Assembly (NCBI RefSeq): GCF_009914755.1
Contig: NC_060938.1
DNA length: 64,000 nucleotides
Direction: 5' to 3' (one strand)
Origin: the human T2T-CHM13v2.0 reference genome, Homo sapiens
How positions within the stretch are numbered: the first letter of the stretch is position 1; each line of letters begins with the position of its first letter. Under the pieces are notes generated by a model. That model saw only the letters and a program-made list of their open reading frames with translations, was not told the origin of the DNA and did no database searches. Shown piece by piece: positions 1-11,982 of this stretch. The position numbers and the translations under genes are program-made.

Positions 1-3000
1 AGGAAACCAAAAGAGAACAGAAGGGTGTTAACTCTATGAATTCTTAGGCCAAATTCAAGTTATGTTTCTCATTCACTAACCAAGGTTATAATTCTGCAAT
101 ATTTCTGCTCTCAATTCCTGATAGAAGGAATGCGGGAGAAATATTTTATTCTAAATTATCATGGAATTTCCAAAAATCTGTAAGCGGATTGTCCGAAGGC
201 AGAGACACCGAGATCCTGGATGTTTAGAAAAAGTGTAAGTAGATTTCAACTGGTCTATTGTGACTGAGATTTTGAAAACAATTCCAGACTCCCTCTGACT
301 TCCTTGATCCTTAACCTCTTCTCCACCACTGGGGGCAAAGTAGGCTCCCAGCTCCAGAGCTGTGAGCCTTTAGTTTCTGGAACACTTGCAGATTTAAGCT
401 TAAGGAAAACAAATGCCAAGATGTTGTAGCTCCCATGATTTATTTCTTTATTCATTATTGTTAATATTTTTCTTCTCCATCATAAATGCCTAGAAACTGC
501 CATATGAAATCTAAGGAATGTTATTACTCAAACAACAAAGGGAATAGAACAACTTAATGTATTTTATCATTTTACAGGAGGCAAACTAAACTGAATAAGT
601 ACCATGCATCATAAAAAGAACCATATTTTTTAAAAGCAAAATAGAGAGGTGCTAATAAAAATGAAGGCTTTTCTATTTCACTCAATCACCTGCAGAGAAA
701 GAAAAAAGGAAGCAATGAAGCTGAGGGGCTCTGCACTCTGAGCCAGGGATCCCGCACAGATGTCTAGGTATTGCTTTTCAGTTTTCCCTTCCAAGGTCAA
801 GGGGGAAACATGCCTATATGGGACAGTTGAGACCTTCCTAAAGGTTTGGTGGATTATGTGAACCTATATCAGAGGACGAGGAGAAGGGGTGCTTGGGGCC
901 AAGAATGTTCATTGCCAAAAGTCTGGTGCTCCTGCTGGGAGAGCCTGTCCTCAGTCTGGTAATCTCTCAGTTGACTTTTCCAAAGCAGCCCAGTGTCTGT
1001 GACTGTTGCCATTAGAAACACTGAGAAAATCCCGGCAGGGATTACCTTGCTAGCTGCTGATGAGTGAAGGAGTAATTAGGCACAAGTAGTTCCCTGACAG
1101 CAGCTGCAAAAAAGGCACTGGCTTCCTTCTGGAGAGAATTTCCAATGGCACTAATGTTATGACACACAGGAGATGCACTGCCCTCCATATGGAATGAAGC
1201 CAAGCCATCAAACTCATCTGATTTAGGACTGTGAACCTGAATTCCTATGGAGATCTCAAAAGAACAAGGTCAAGACTTCTAGTTTGAAGTAATTCAGCAT
1301 GCCTTTTTCTACAGCTGCGGATTTCCTTCGGAATGGTCTTTAATGTTAGGACATCTCTGGGGTTCTGCTCATAAAAGAAAAAGACACAGATGTTTCTTTT
1401 AATGCCCTGACTACAGAGTTGATGAGTCAACTCGCCATATTCTGCATATTTAAAAACATGATGTGGATATTCTTTTAGGAAACAAAAATTCCAGAAGATG
1501 TCACTTAGTATTTTATATTAATGGTTTTCATTGGAGAATTACCTGATTAAATAGTGAAATAGACACGTGTGTTGCTGCTGATCTGCAAGCCACCAGGGAC
1601 ACAGAAGACAGTGGACAGTTGAAAAGAGCCAAGGACGAGGAAATATATCTGAGGATGGGACATACAAAGTGCAGCCAAGTCTGTGATAATGCCAGAAGGA
1701 GTTAATTCGAATTTCATATTCAAAAGGTTTTCTTTTATCTTTTCCTGAAAGAGTACAATAGAACAGATTTTTACCAATATAAAAGACAGAACCAAGTGTT
1801 GAATGGGAGTGTGCATATATGTGTGTGTTGAAGGCTGGCACTGAGACATAAAAGGTGTATTTATAAACAAAATTTGAGTAAGTCTCCCTCACTGGAAGAA
1901 ATAATCAATTTTGGAGACAGAAAAATGAATATGCTGCTAATAGATTAACTTGATTTTCAACTTTACAAATGTCATTTCATATTTGGCCAGCAGGAGGTAC
2001 ACTTTGCAAAGGGCTCAATTATAAACTAGCCCTGTACAGTGGGCCTATAAATCAGCTTTGGTTGTAGTTTGAATTATGTTCTTAATCATGTAAGGATACT
2101 TTTGCTAGAAACTATTCTTTCTCGTATTTCTGGCAGTCTCTTTTATTTATGGGAATGCTGGAATCTGGCCAAAGCTTTTCTCCTAGGTAAAATGACAACA
2201 TCTTAATTAGGAATGTTTGGTCTGTGGCTTTAGTTGCCAAAGAGCAGCCCCATTGTTCTAACACACAGACATCCATCATCAGTTCGCTCCCAATGCCTGT
2301 AGCCTAGTGGTAGAAGCACACGGCTGAAAGGCATCTGAGTCATTTTTTGGATTCTAGCCCTCATCTAGTTGTATGGAAAATGGCAATCACACTCTCTCTG
2401 AAGCTTAGCTGTGTCATCTTTCAAGTGGCTACCCCAGTTTCTAGCAGTTTTTTTGTCAAAGTTAAATAACTTTAAATCAAAGAAATCATTTTTTTAAAAG
2501 GACATGGAATTAAAAAAAGGTGGTATTAATATTATTATTATTTGAGATAATATATCAAAATTATCAGGTAAGTAATAAAGATGCTGTATTTTTATTCCAA
2601 ATATTAATTCCTTAGACGTGTATAGAGAATCTGAATTTCTTGTGAGATAGGGTGGGGCTATGGTCTACTCATCTTTGAAGCCGCAGAGAAAGCATTACTA
2701 TGGGCTCAAGAAATATTTGTAAATGCAAAAGAGAAGGCCACAGCAAAACAAAAGCAAGCAAAGAAGGTAACTAGAAAACTGCACTCAGAGAAAGCTACAA
2801 AATTCCCATTTTTAGAGGTGCATGTAGATGAAAAACTTTTTTACTGTTTTGGCTTCCAAACACAGCAACTGTAGCTCAAAATAAGAAAATGAGCAAAGAT
2901 CTAAGAAATGTCTGAATACATTTTTCAAACATTTCAAATATAAACAAACAGACAATTGTTTCTCATTTTTATATATCTTCTCATGTAAGAATTTCTTAGG

Positions 3001-3188
3001 ATGGTAAAAGAAACGTAAAATGAGTGTGTACGTGTGTGTGAGTGTATCTCTGTTGTGTGTGTGTGCTGTTGTAAATGTGAGACTGCTGTGTGTGTCACTG
3101 GAAGTAGGAAGAGCTCACAATTCAGGACAAATGTGAGAAAGTATTGGTCTGTCTCATATTTTAGTGATTTCAGAAATAAGGAAAAATC

Positions 3189-3517
3189 GGCCGGGCATGG
3201 TGGCTCACACCTGTAATCCCAGCACTTTGAGAGACCGAGGCGGGTGGATCACGAGGTCAGGAGATCGAGACCATCCTGGCTAACATGGTGAAACCTCGTC
3301 TCTACTAAAAATACAAAAAAAATTTAGGCGGGCGTGGTGGCAGGCACCTGTAGTCCCAGCTGCTGGGGAGGCTGAGGCAGCAGAATGGCGTGAACCCGGG
3401 AAGCAGAGCTTGCAGTGAGCTGAGATCACACCACTGCACTCCACACTCCAGCCTGGGTAACATAGAAAGACTCCATCTCCAAAAAAAAAAAAAAAAAAAA
3501 AAAAAAAGAAAAAGAAA
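3189..3517 (+). mobile_element. AluY with internal 7-bp duplication
   Basis: Full dimer from GGCCGGGC to the A-tail; AluY diagnostics (GAGATCGAGACCATCCTGGCTAAC, AGAATGGCGTGAACC, GAGCTTGCAG); TSD AGAAATAAG(G/C)AAAAAT at 3172-3187 and 3518-3533. Confidence 0.95.
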
Positions 3518-4099
3518 AGAAATAAGCAAAAATTCAACACTCTGAAGTACACACCAAGCTACACGATTTGTGACAAAATCTTTTGATACTATGAAGATTG
3601 GCAGTTTAACTTCAAACTTTATTCAGAAGTATTTAAGTCATCAAGCCTGCTACCTTTGTCAAATTTCTTAGAAGTGTAAAGCAAGTGCTCTTAAGAAAGA
3701 CCTGGGCAAATATAAATACCTAATCTGCTGCCACTAGGTAAAAATGCTGAATTCTGGAAGAGCTCCTAAATGATGCCCTGAGCCACAATAGAAAATGATG
3801 CAAAGATCAAAAACATTGAAATATGCTTTAGATTAAGAAGAACAACTCCTTATTAGCAGTGTTGTCAAATCTGGTACCACTTACCAGGATAGCAATAGCT
3901 AGTGAAATATAAGTACTACTTTCTTGAATCTAAAACATTTAGAAAGATAAAAACTAAAGGAAAGATGTCACTTCTGCTGTTCTTCACCCATTTCTGTTGA
4001 TTGTGTTTTCAACAATTAAATGCCTGGCCACCTTTACCTTTTTCTGGAAATTAAAACAAAATATAATTGATAGCCTAAGTGTTCTCTGTTTTTTAAAAA

Positions 4100-4310
4100 C
4101 TTCTTATTTTAAAGTAAGTCAACTCTTAAGAAGTTACACAAATAGTATAGCAAGTTGCTGTGTACAGTTCACCCCACTCTCCCCAGTGATCATATCTTAT
4201 GTAATCATAATGCATTGTCAAAACCAGGAAATTGATATTGGTACAATTCTGTTAACTCAAGTATGGGCCTTCTTCTGATTTCACTAGTTTTTACATGTGC
4301 TCTTTTTCTC
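4100..4310 (-). mobile_element. Old L1 (L1MC-like) 3' end fragment
   Basis: GTCAAAACCAGGAAATTGATATTGGTACAAT resembles the reverse complement of an L1MC 3' end; approximate bounds. Confidence 0.6.
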
Positions 4311-4890
4311 CCTCTTTTGGGAATCTTCGAGTTGCCTAAATCTCTGATTGGTTATCAGTAATAAATATCATGTGATACAGAAACAAATCATTGACCAGCA
4401 GTGACATTAAAATGAGCAATGCTAATGCATACACCCCATCTGTTTCCACTTCACAAGGTTTCTGACTTCAGTCTACTTAATCATTCCTACCCTCTACTCT
4501 CTTCAAACCTCCCCCACCAGCACCAGTATTCAGATAGCAACCGCCTAAAACAAGGTTTGACATTTTTGATTGTTTTATCTTTGATAAGCTCAAGGGGCCA
4601 TTTCTACAAATTCTAGAGGCCCTTTCTGACACTAATAGTGACAAACTAAAGAAATGAACAATTTATAAATGTAAGAACAATATTTTCTTCTAACTTGTGG
4701 ATATTTCTTCTAACAGTGACTATTTCTACTCGGAGAACACCTGGGTTCAACTTGCTAAGGAACAATGAATGTCATTATTTGGAATAGAAAAAGTAGTCTA
4801 AAGAGACTCTCCTATCACTGATTGAGCACCAGACAGTACTTTGGGAATGATCCTTGAGGAAGATATCCTTTAATTGTGTCATATTTTAAA

Positions 4891-4908
4891 GAGAGAGAGA
4901 GAGAGAGA
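4891..4908. repeat. (GA)9 microsatellite
   Basis: Read directly. Confidence 0.95.
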
Positions 4909-6541
4909 TTACCATCATTTGTAGACATTTAAAACATCAGTACATCATAGGTATTCTTGTGATTGAATTGTTAATAATCATTGCAATTAATCATATCATT
5001 AGAAGGATTTTAAAAGGCTTAATAAAGGGATCATGGACCATAGAGAAGACAGTGGATAGGTTAAAAAATCATCATTATACAAAAATGGAGGAAAAATAGA
5101 CATGATCCCTAAAATAGTGTGATCTAGATTGATGATTTATCAAATTGGAGACGGACATCTCTTGGCCCATTTCTCTAAACTTCTTCAGCAGGAAAGAGAA
5201 CAAGGCCACTTTTCACAAGCTACCAGCTGGTGATATAAAAGACAAAAAACTGGACTTTTTAAAGATAAATGTCCGAATATTTTTTAAACTCCTGGAACAC
5301 TAGAGCACCTTTTGGGAGACATATGATCTCCTTTAACTACCTATATATCTAACAAAGACAGAATTATTAGAAGGGATAGCAATAAATCATTCTACCTTCT
5401 TAACCCTACTTTCCCCAAGCCTAGACCAGTCTAGTTAATAGCATCTATTTTCACTTCATTCCCTCTTCTATAAATGAAACCAATATTATTGGACTCTGGC
5501 AAGTCTAGGTGGGTAGTTGTTGCTGGAAGAGAGGCAACATCAAGTTAGAGGACCTACAAGGTTAGGTTTATGACTGTGCAACATTTAAGTTGTTTTGACA
5601 ACATATATTGCCAGGAGCCTACAAGTAACAAAAGAGAATACATAGCTTTGTAGAGAGATTTTGACCTGTAATACATAGAAATACTAAAGAGTACTTCTGA
5701 TGAGGTAGCATGAAAACATTCATGCCAATCCTAGGCACAAGACATTGAAATAGAAGAATAATTTGGCATCTTAACAGTGAAAGGAAATTTATAGAGCACT
5801 GTTAGTCAACTGGGCCTTTTTCCTTTGAGGGAACTTTGGAATCTACAAATACAGAAGCTTAGGGCTTCCATCATCTTATACTTGCTGTCATAGAAATTTG
5901 GCCAGCTAGTTTTATTGGACTGTAGGTGGTAGGTGATAAATTACTGGGCTCAAGATGCCTTGCATTTCAGGCTACAGAATTCAATTTTGAAACAGAAGGC
6001 TTTGTTGGATATTATCTCAAATCTAAAGAGCAGCTACGGGCAATCAGAATTTCTGGGTAGGCCAGCCATGATAGCCTTTAGCCTTTGCATTTGTTAGAAT
6101 TAGCATATGTAGATTTATTTTATGAGGATTCATTTATTATTTGTTAGTCATCAAATCAATGATAACATACCATCTGCTATGTGATAAAAAACAAATCAGA
6201 TATGAAAAAAACAAAGAAACAACCCTTTATTTGCCAGGGTTTGCAGTCTGGGTTTAGGTAGGCAAGCATGCATTTGTCATGGAGAGTTCAGAGTACCGTG
6301 ACAACACGGATGCTGTCGAAACACAGCCAGGTTAGCTAACTGCGGAGCGGGAGAAGGTGATACAAGGGCCTCCCAAGACTCTGACACTCTGAGATTCATT
6401 GCATACAGCATGAAAAATGAACTTTTTCAGTGCTTTGTTCATAATTATCTCTTTTCTCTGTCCCAAGAGCAGTTGTGTTCTATATCTTTCATGAAACATT
6501 TGCATTATATCATCTTTTAATTGATATTATTCCATTGTCCC

Positions 6542-7129
6542 TGTTACATGGGGAGCCCTATGAAGGCACAAACCTGCTTCCCCAGGTCTCTCCAGTTGTG
6601 AGTTCAGATGAGGTCACATTGGCAACACATGTCACGGGTTTCTGCACCACCTGTGTATGCACGTTGGTGGTTGGCGCATAACTCAAATTCACAAATAGTG
6701 ATTTCTGAGTGTGCTCAGAGATGATGTTTTCTAAGCTCACGTGTAGTTGTTCCACATAATATCCTGCACCCCACCTTCTGTAATTGCAGTCTGCCACTTG
6801 CTGCACCTGCTGTATGAAGCATCTCTCCACCACTGCTGGTTCCTTCCTGCCAATGACGACACGAATGCCAAGTGTACTGTTTCTCAGCATTCTTCAAGCT
6901 ATATGACTCCTGCTCTCAGGTCCCACTTTGATCCTCGAGCAGTGATGCTGCTGCCTGGTTGTGGCCTTGGGTCACTCGGTCTCAAATGAAAGAGCTCCAC
7001 TTCTTTGACTGCACATACTGTCTTCATGTGTGTGTGCAACCCTTGAGGCAGGGCTTGGAGACTTGTGCCATGCTTTCCTCTCCATTCCTCGCCTGTTCCC
7101 CAAAATCATAACCACTGCTGAGTCTAACA
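6542..7129 (+). mobile_element. Probable ancient solo LTR, family unassigned
   Basis: GC-richer block starting TGTTA and ending TAACA, with AATGAAAG (degenerate polyA-signal-like) followed by a U5-like tail; no clear TSD. Confidence 0.4.
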
Positions 7130-7780
7130 ACTTTTTCCCTTTTGTAAATCAGTTCTTACAAACTGACACCTGAGGGGGCCACTCCATGCACTATTTTATT
7201 AGGCATTGTCCTTAGGCTCAGCCCAGATGCCTGCTACATTCGCATTACTACTATGTCCTGCATGAAGGCCTTTATATAGTCTCTTTTCAATCAATAGAAA
7301 TGTTTACTAATTAATTCATAACCACATTCAATATGAAATAGCACCACCTAATATCATGCAGTTGGAAGAAAAAAGGGACTTTGTCCTATACTCAGAAATC
7401 AAAGCAAATAAATTGGAATAAAAAGCATGAAGAAAAATTGCAAGCCAGCGTGCCAGAAGAATAACAACATGGCAGTAATATGCGTCTGCCAGACTGCCAT
7501 CTCCACAAATTAATCTTTCATTTCATTTCTGGATTTACTGTCACACTTCGTCTGGGAGTACAGTTATGAGTGAATTGAGATTCTTTTATATTCATTTCTC
7601 ATGCTACAATATAATAAACATTTTTATCGCCAAAGTTTTCTCGATGAATATGTTATCAGGAATCACAGAATTCATCTCATAGTTGACTGTATGGAATCAA
7701 AAGAAGCAACATTCTTTAAAGTATGGGGTACATGACAGAGGTTTATGTAAAATCCATGTGAATATATTAAACACCATCAA

Positions 7781-7802
7781 ACACACACACACACACACAC
7801 AC
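7781..7802. repeat. (AC)11 microsatellite
   Basis: Read directly. Confidence 0.95.
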
Positions 7803-8027
7803 GAGTCAGTCCCTAGTGCTTTATAAGTGAAAATAACTCCATTCAATGCTTTAGATTCTATCTTAAATTTTTCCTTAAATAACTGATTTATCCCTCATTA
7901 AAAAAGTTCTCATTAGCTGTTAATCCTGATTGATATGAGGAGCAGAATATTGGTTTCCTTTTACTGAGAAACTGGTATTGTACATAAATGTGGTGAATAT
8001 ATCATGCTATAAGGATAATGCTTAATT

Positions 8028-8076
8028 GTAGTATTACTACTACATACTACTACATTACTACTACATAGTAGTAATG
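8028..8076. repeat. (TACTACTACA)x3 array with inverted flanks
   Basis: Units at 8035, 8045 and 8056; 11-bp perfect stem 8053-8063/8066-8076. Confidence 0.9.
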
Positions 8077-8869
8077 GCCAACATGGAATGATGTTGTGGC
8101 CAAACCCAGAATCAAGTGATGGAGAAATATACTCTCCCCATGATGATGTCTTGTCAAATGTATGGAAGAAAAGACTGAAGAATCCAGTATATCCATCTAC
8201 CACTTCATAATTTCATGTCATGTTTCTAACTCTAGTCTCCTTTTCTGATGAAGAAACATGATTTGAAAGACTCAGTGTTTTATCCAAAGTCATAATCAAG
8301 AATAAAAAAAATACATGTTCACTGTAATAATTCCCTAAGTATAAGATAAGGCACACTGGCAGGCTCCATTGAATCATCTTGAAAGGCTGAAAACACATCC
8401 ACAATTTCAAGTATTTTCTTTCAAGTTTTTACAGAAGGCTGATAACAACTCTATAATGTTTTAGTTTTGAATAACATTAAGAGGGCACATATTGATAAGC
8501 CACCAAGCGGTTACTGAAGTACTGAAAGCAGGTCTTGCAAAACAATGTGCACATGGTTCAAGTTGACTAGAGATTTTAAGTTCAGTACTATAAGAAGTCT
8601 GAGTGTCATACCACATTAGACAGCTTTGTGAAGATTCTAACACATTGCAAACAAAGGGAAAGTAAGATACCTTAAATTCGGGGCAAAGACTCTGATGGTC
8701 AGTATTGTTTTGAACTAAATATGCTTTGGAATTGCTGTTTTACTTGCTTTTCAACAGTTACAAATAACTGTTCATTTATATTCATCATCATTAATTTTCT
8801 TTGTCGTGTGCTTACTGATAATGTTTACACTGTTAGTAAACATTTTTGCAACAATAGCATTTTAGGAAT

Positions 8870-8871
<2 letters not shown>

Positions 8872-8919
<48 letters not shown>

Positions 8920-9195
8920 AGACGGAGTCTCAGTCTCGCGCCCAGGCTGGAATGCAATGGCGCGATCTTGGCTCACTGCAACTTCGCCTCCCGGGTTCAA
9001 GAGATTCTCCTGCCTTAGCCTCCGAGTAGCTGGGGTTACATGCGTGTGCCTCCACACCCAGCTAATTTTTGTATTTTTAGTAGAGACAGGGTTTCACCAT
9101 GTTGGTCAGGCTGGTCTCAAACTCCTGACCTCATGATCCACCCGCCTTGGCCTCCCAAGTGCTGGGACTACAGGCATGAGCCACCGCGCCCGGCC
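8872..9195 (-). mobile_element. AluS (Sg/Sp-like) with 47-nt pure T tail
   Basis: Reverse-complement full Alu; TSD AGGAATAATTTTT on both sides. Confidence 0.93.
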
Positions 9196-9302
9196 CAGGA
9201 ATAATTTTTTAATAAAACTATTTTAAGGCACAGTGATTTTTTTTTCAGAAAATAATCACTTACAGTTCTGTTTCTGTTGCATACAGGTACAGTTTTCTCT
9301 CT

Positions 9303-9375
9303 CACACACACACAGACACATACACACACATATACATACATACACACATACAGATGCACTCACACATACACACAC
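9303..9375. repeat. Degenerate (CA)n/(CATA)n repeat
   Basis: Read directly. Confidence 0.85.
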
Positions 9376-10483
9376 CAGAAAGGAGGGTGCAAAATGGCAG
9401 TTTTCATAAGAGAGCTATTTTTCTTTTGAAAAGTAGGAAAGTAGGGGTGGACTGATTAGAACAGGGTGGCACAGAGTTGTGTTTAGCGCAATGGGATGCA
9501 GTTTGAGAGCTGCTATTATAGATCAATGTAGACACTGTGATTAGGTTAGATCAGGGAAGGTTGTAAATAAAGCCCTACAGCTGAAACTATTTTCAGTGCT
9601 CTCAACAAAGTGGCCCTAATTTTACCTCTCTGTTTCATTTTACTGTAGGCAACATCCCTGATTACATATTTAATTTTCTGGCAACCTGGCAATGTGTTTA
9701 TGCACTTCCTAAATTATTAGTAAGAAGCCAGTAATTTGGTCAGTTGTCCAGATGTTTCTAATCACATACACACTTCTAAACACATAGACGTTTGATATCA
9801 GTGATTGAATTTTTCACTTTTGATCCAGATGTTTTTGTGTTAATTAGTTGTACTGATTATTATGAATTTGACTTTTCCAACACTATGGTATATAGAGTAA
9901 AAAAACTCATCAGTTTTATTTCTTTTCCATCTCTCATCTCAAAGTTAGAAAATGGCTACAGAAAGCCCAAAAAGATTTAACAGGATAAACTGGGATTTAT
10001 GAAATTTCTTCACAAAAGCAAAAGAATGATGCTCACAGTATATAATAGATTGAATAGTTATTTACCTTTGTATCTTATCATTGGATGCTATATAATATTC
10101 TTTGAACTGACTTGGTAGAGAATTATGTAAGGTTTCTACATGTTAAGTCAAGTCTTTTAAAACTTGTATGACTCTTAACCCACAAGCATAAGATTTGTTA
10201 TATTGATGTCTTCAAACATTAAATCATGTGTTAGAATAGAGAGTAAAGTGATAAAAATCCCTAGGTTTTGAGCCCAGGAGACATGCTTCAGATATAATTT
10301 TAAGAATTGTGTAGTGTGGTTAAGTCCCAAGCTTTGGTAAAACTTAGTTTTCTAACAAGTGACATAGGAATGAACCTTACTTTGTAAGATGTTTATGATG
10401 ATTAATGGTGGTATATGAACAATGATTTGTATTAAATTCTCTCAATAAACAATAGCTTAAAAATTGATTACTTTCACTTCCCC

Positions 10484-10561
10484 AAATTGGGAAATTAAAT
10501 GTTTCATAGGAAGTCACCACATAAATTGGGAAATTAAATGTTTTATAGCAAGTCACTACAT
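10484..10561. repeat. 39-bp tandem duplication (36/39 identical)
   Basis: AAATTGGGAAATTAAATGTTT... repeated at 10484 and 10523. Confidence 0.95.
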
Positions 10562-11509
10562 TGGTTCCAGGAATAAGAATGAATGAATTCATTAAAATGG
10601 CTATTCCTTCATGTTTACCCACTTTTTAACTTTCACATCTCAATCTTGTGGTAATCAGTCCAGAAAGTGTTATGATGGGACGGCTGGATTACACAAAGGA
10701 GAAGAAAAAGATCATGGGAAAGAGAACGAAATAGGGTATGTAAGCAATTAGAATCATGGTTAAAAGGGAAAATGTTGAGGTCATAACTAGTAGAATCCAT
10801 ATCCTAACTGCTACTCTCTTTTATTCCCAGAAAAGCAAAGGCTAATTCTCAGTCTTTTATAGATGGGAACTCAATATCAAAAGGGCTGATTCTTCACATA
10901 ATGTCTGAATTAACAGTAAAGACTCGCTTACAACTGGAGGGAGTTTAAAGAAAAAACTAGCACCAAACTCCATCTTTTTGCAATCAAACTATATAGAAAT
11001 TCTATTTATGTGGCAAAAATATGAACTGATGTTCTTGATGTTCATTTTCAACTTTTTTATGTATTCCAAAGTGGAAAAATACTGTATAATGTCAGTGTTT
11101 TTGAATTTTGTTTCACACAATTTCACAAAAGCTAAAACTAAAAGTAAAAATAATTCCATCATAATTTTAAAAGGGTATACTGAGATACTGTAGTCATGGA
11201 TACCAGGTCATTGTAATTGATGAAGGCACATGACTCAACTGGTGGGTTACCAACTGGTAAAAAAGAATTAAAGAAGTTAATTGGGTTTAGATATAGTATG
11301 TATGTTCTTAATATTTTTATAATTACACACATACACTCTCATATATGGATATATACAAAAGCATACATACATGTAAATAGGCACTTGTGAAATATAAATA
11401 CATATATTTATAGGTTTCTTTTCCTTCAGTAATTTATTGCTTCAGGTGATTTACCTAGCAGATGTGACTTATTTCATATTATTCTGCTTTTTTTACAGTA
11501 TAATTCTTC

Positions 11510-11982
11510 TTTCAGTCATTTACTGAGGTATAACAATGTACTCCAAAACTTACTGGCTTAAACAACAGCGATTTCACTTTTTTATGAATTCTCAATCTGA
11601 GTTAGGTTTCTACTGATCTTGCAGAGGGTCACTGATGTGGATATGTTTTTCAAGTCAGCCTGAGGCTGGGCTCAGTGTCTGTCTTTGCAAGTAGTCTCAG
11701 GTATTGTCCTTCTATATGGCCTCTCCATGTGGCATTTCTACCAAGATAGCAGAACTTCTTACATGAAGGCTCAGGATTCCCAAGAGCACCAAAGATGGAA
11801 GCTGTGAGGTTGTTTTAAGGCTTAAGCTAGAAACTGGTTAGCATCACTTACAACATATTCTCCTGGTTAAAGCAATTTATAAGACCAGCTCAGATTCAGG
11901 GGAGGAGAGGTAGCATTATATTAGGTAGGAATTTTAAGAGTTATAAATGCTGGGAGGCACAATTTATTTGGGTCCACCATCA
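11510..11982 (-). mobile_element. MaLR MLT1 (F/G/H-like) LTR, 3' LTR of a partial provirus
   Basis: TCCAAAACTTACTGGCTTAAACAACA and GGAAGCTG...GCATCACTT match reverse-complement MLT1; followed by internal-like sequence. Confidence 0.75.

Noticed and set aside
6475-6989. Cluster of overlapping ORFs as a possible processed pseudogene
   Set aside because: No recognisable protein in any frame and no polyA tail or TSD; an LTR-like origin fits better.
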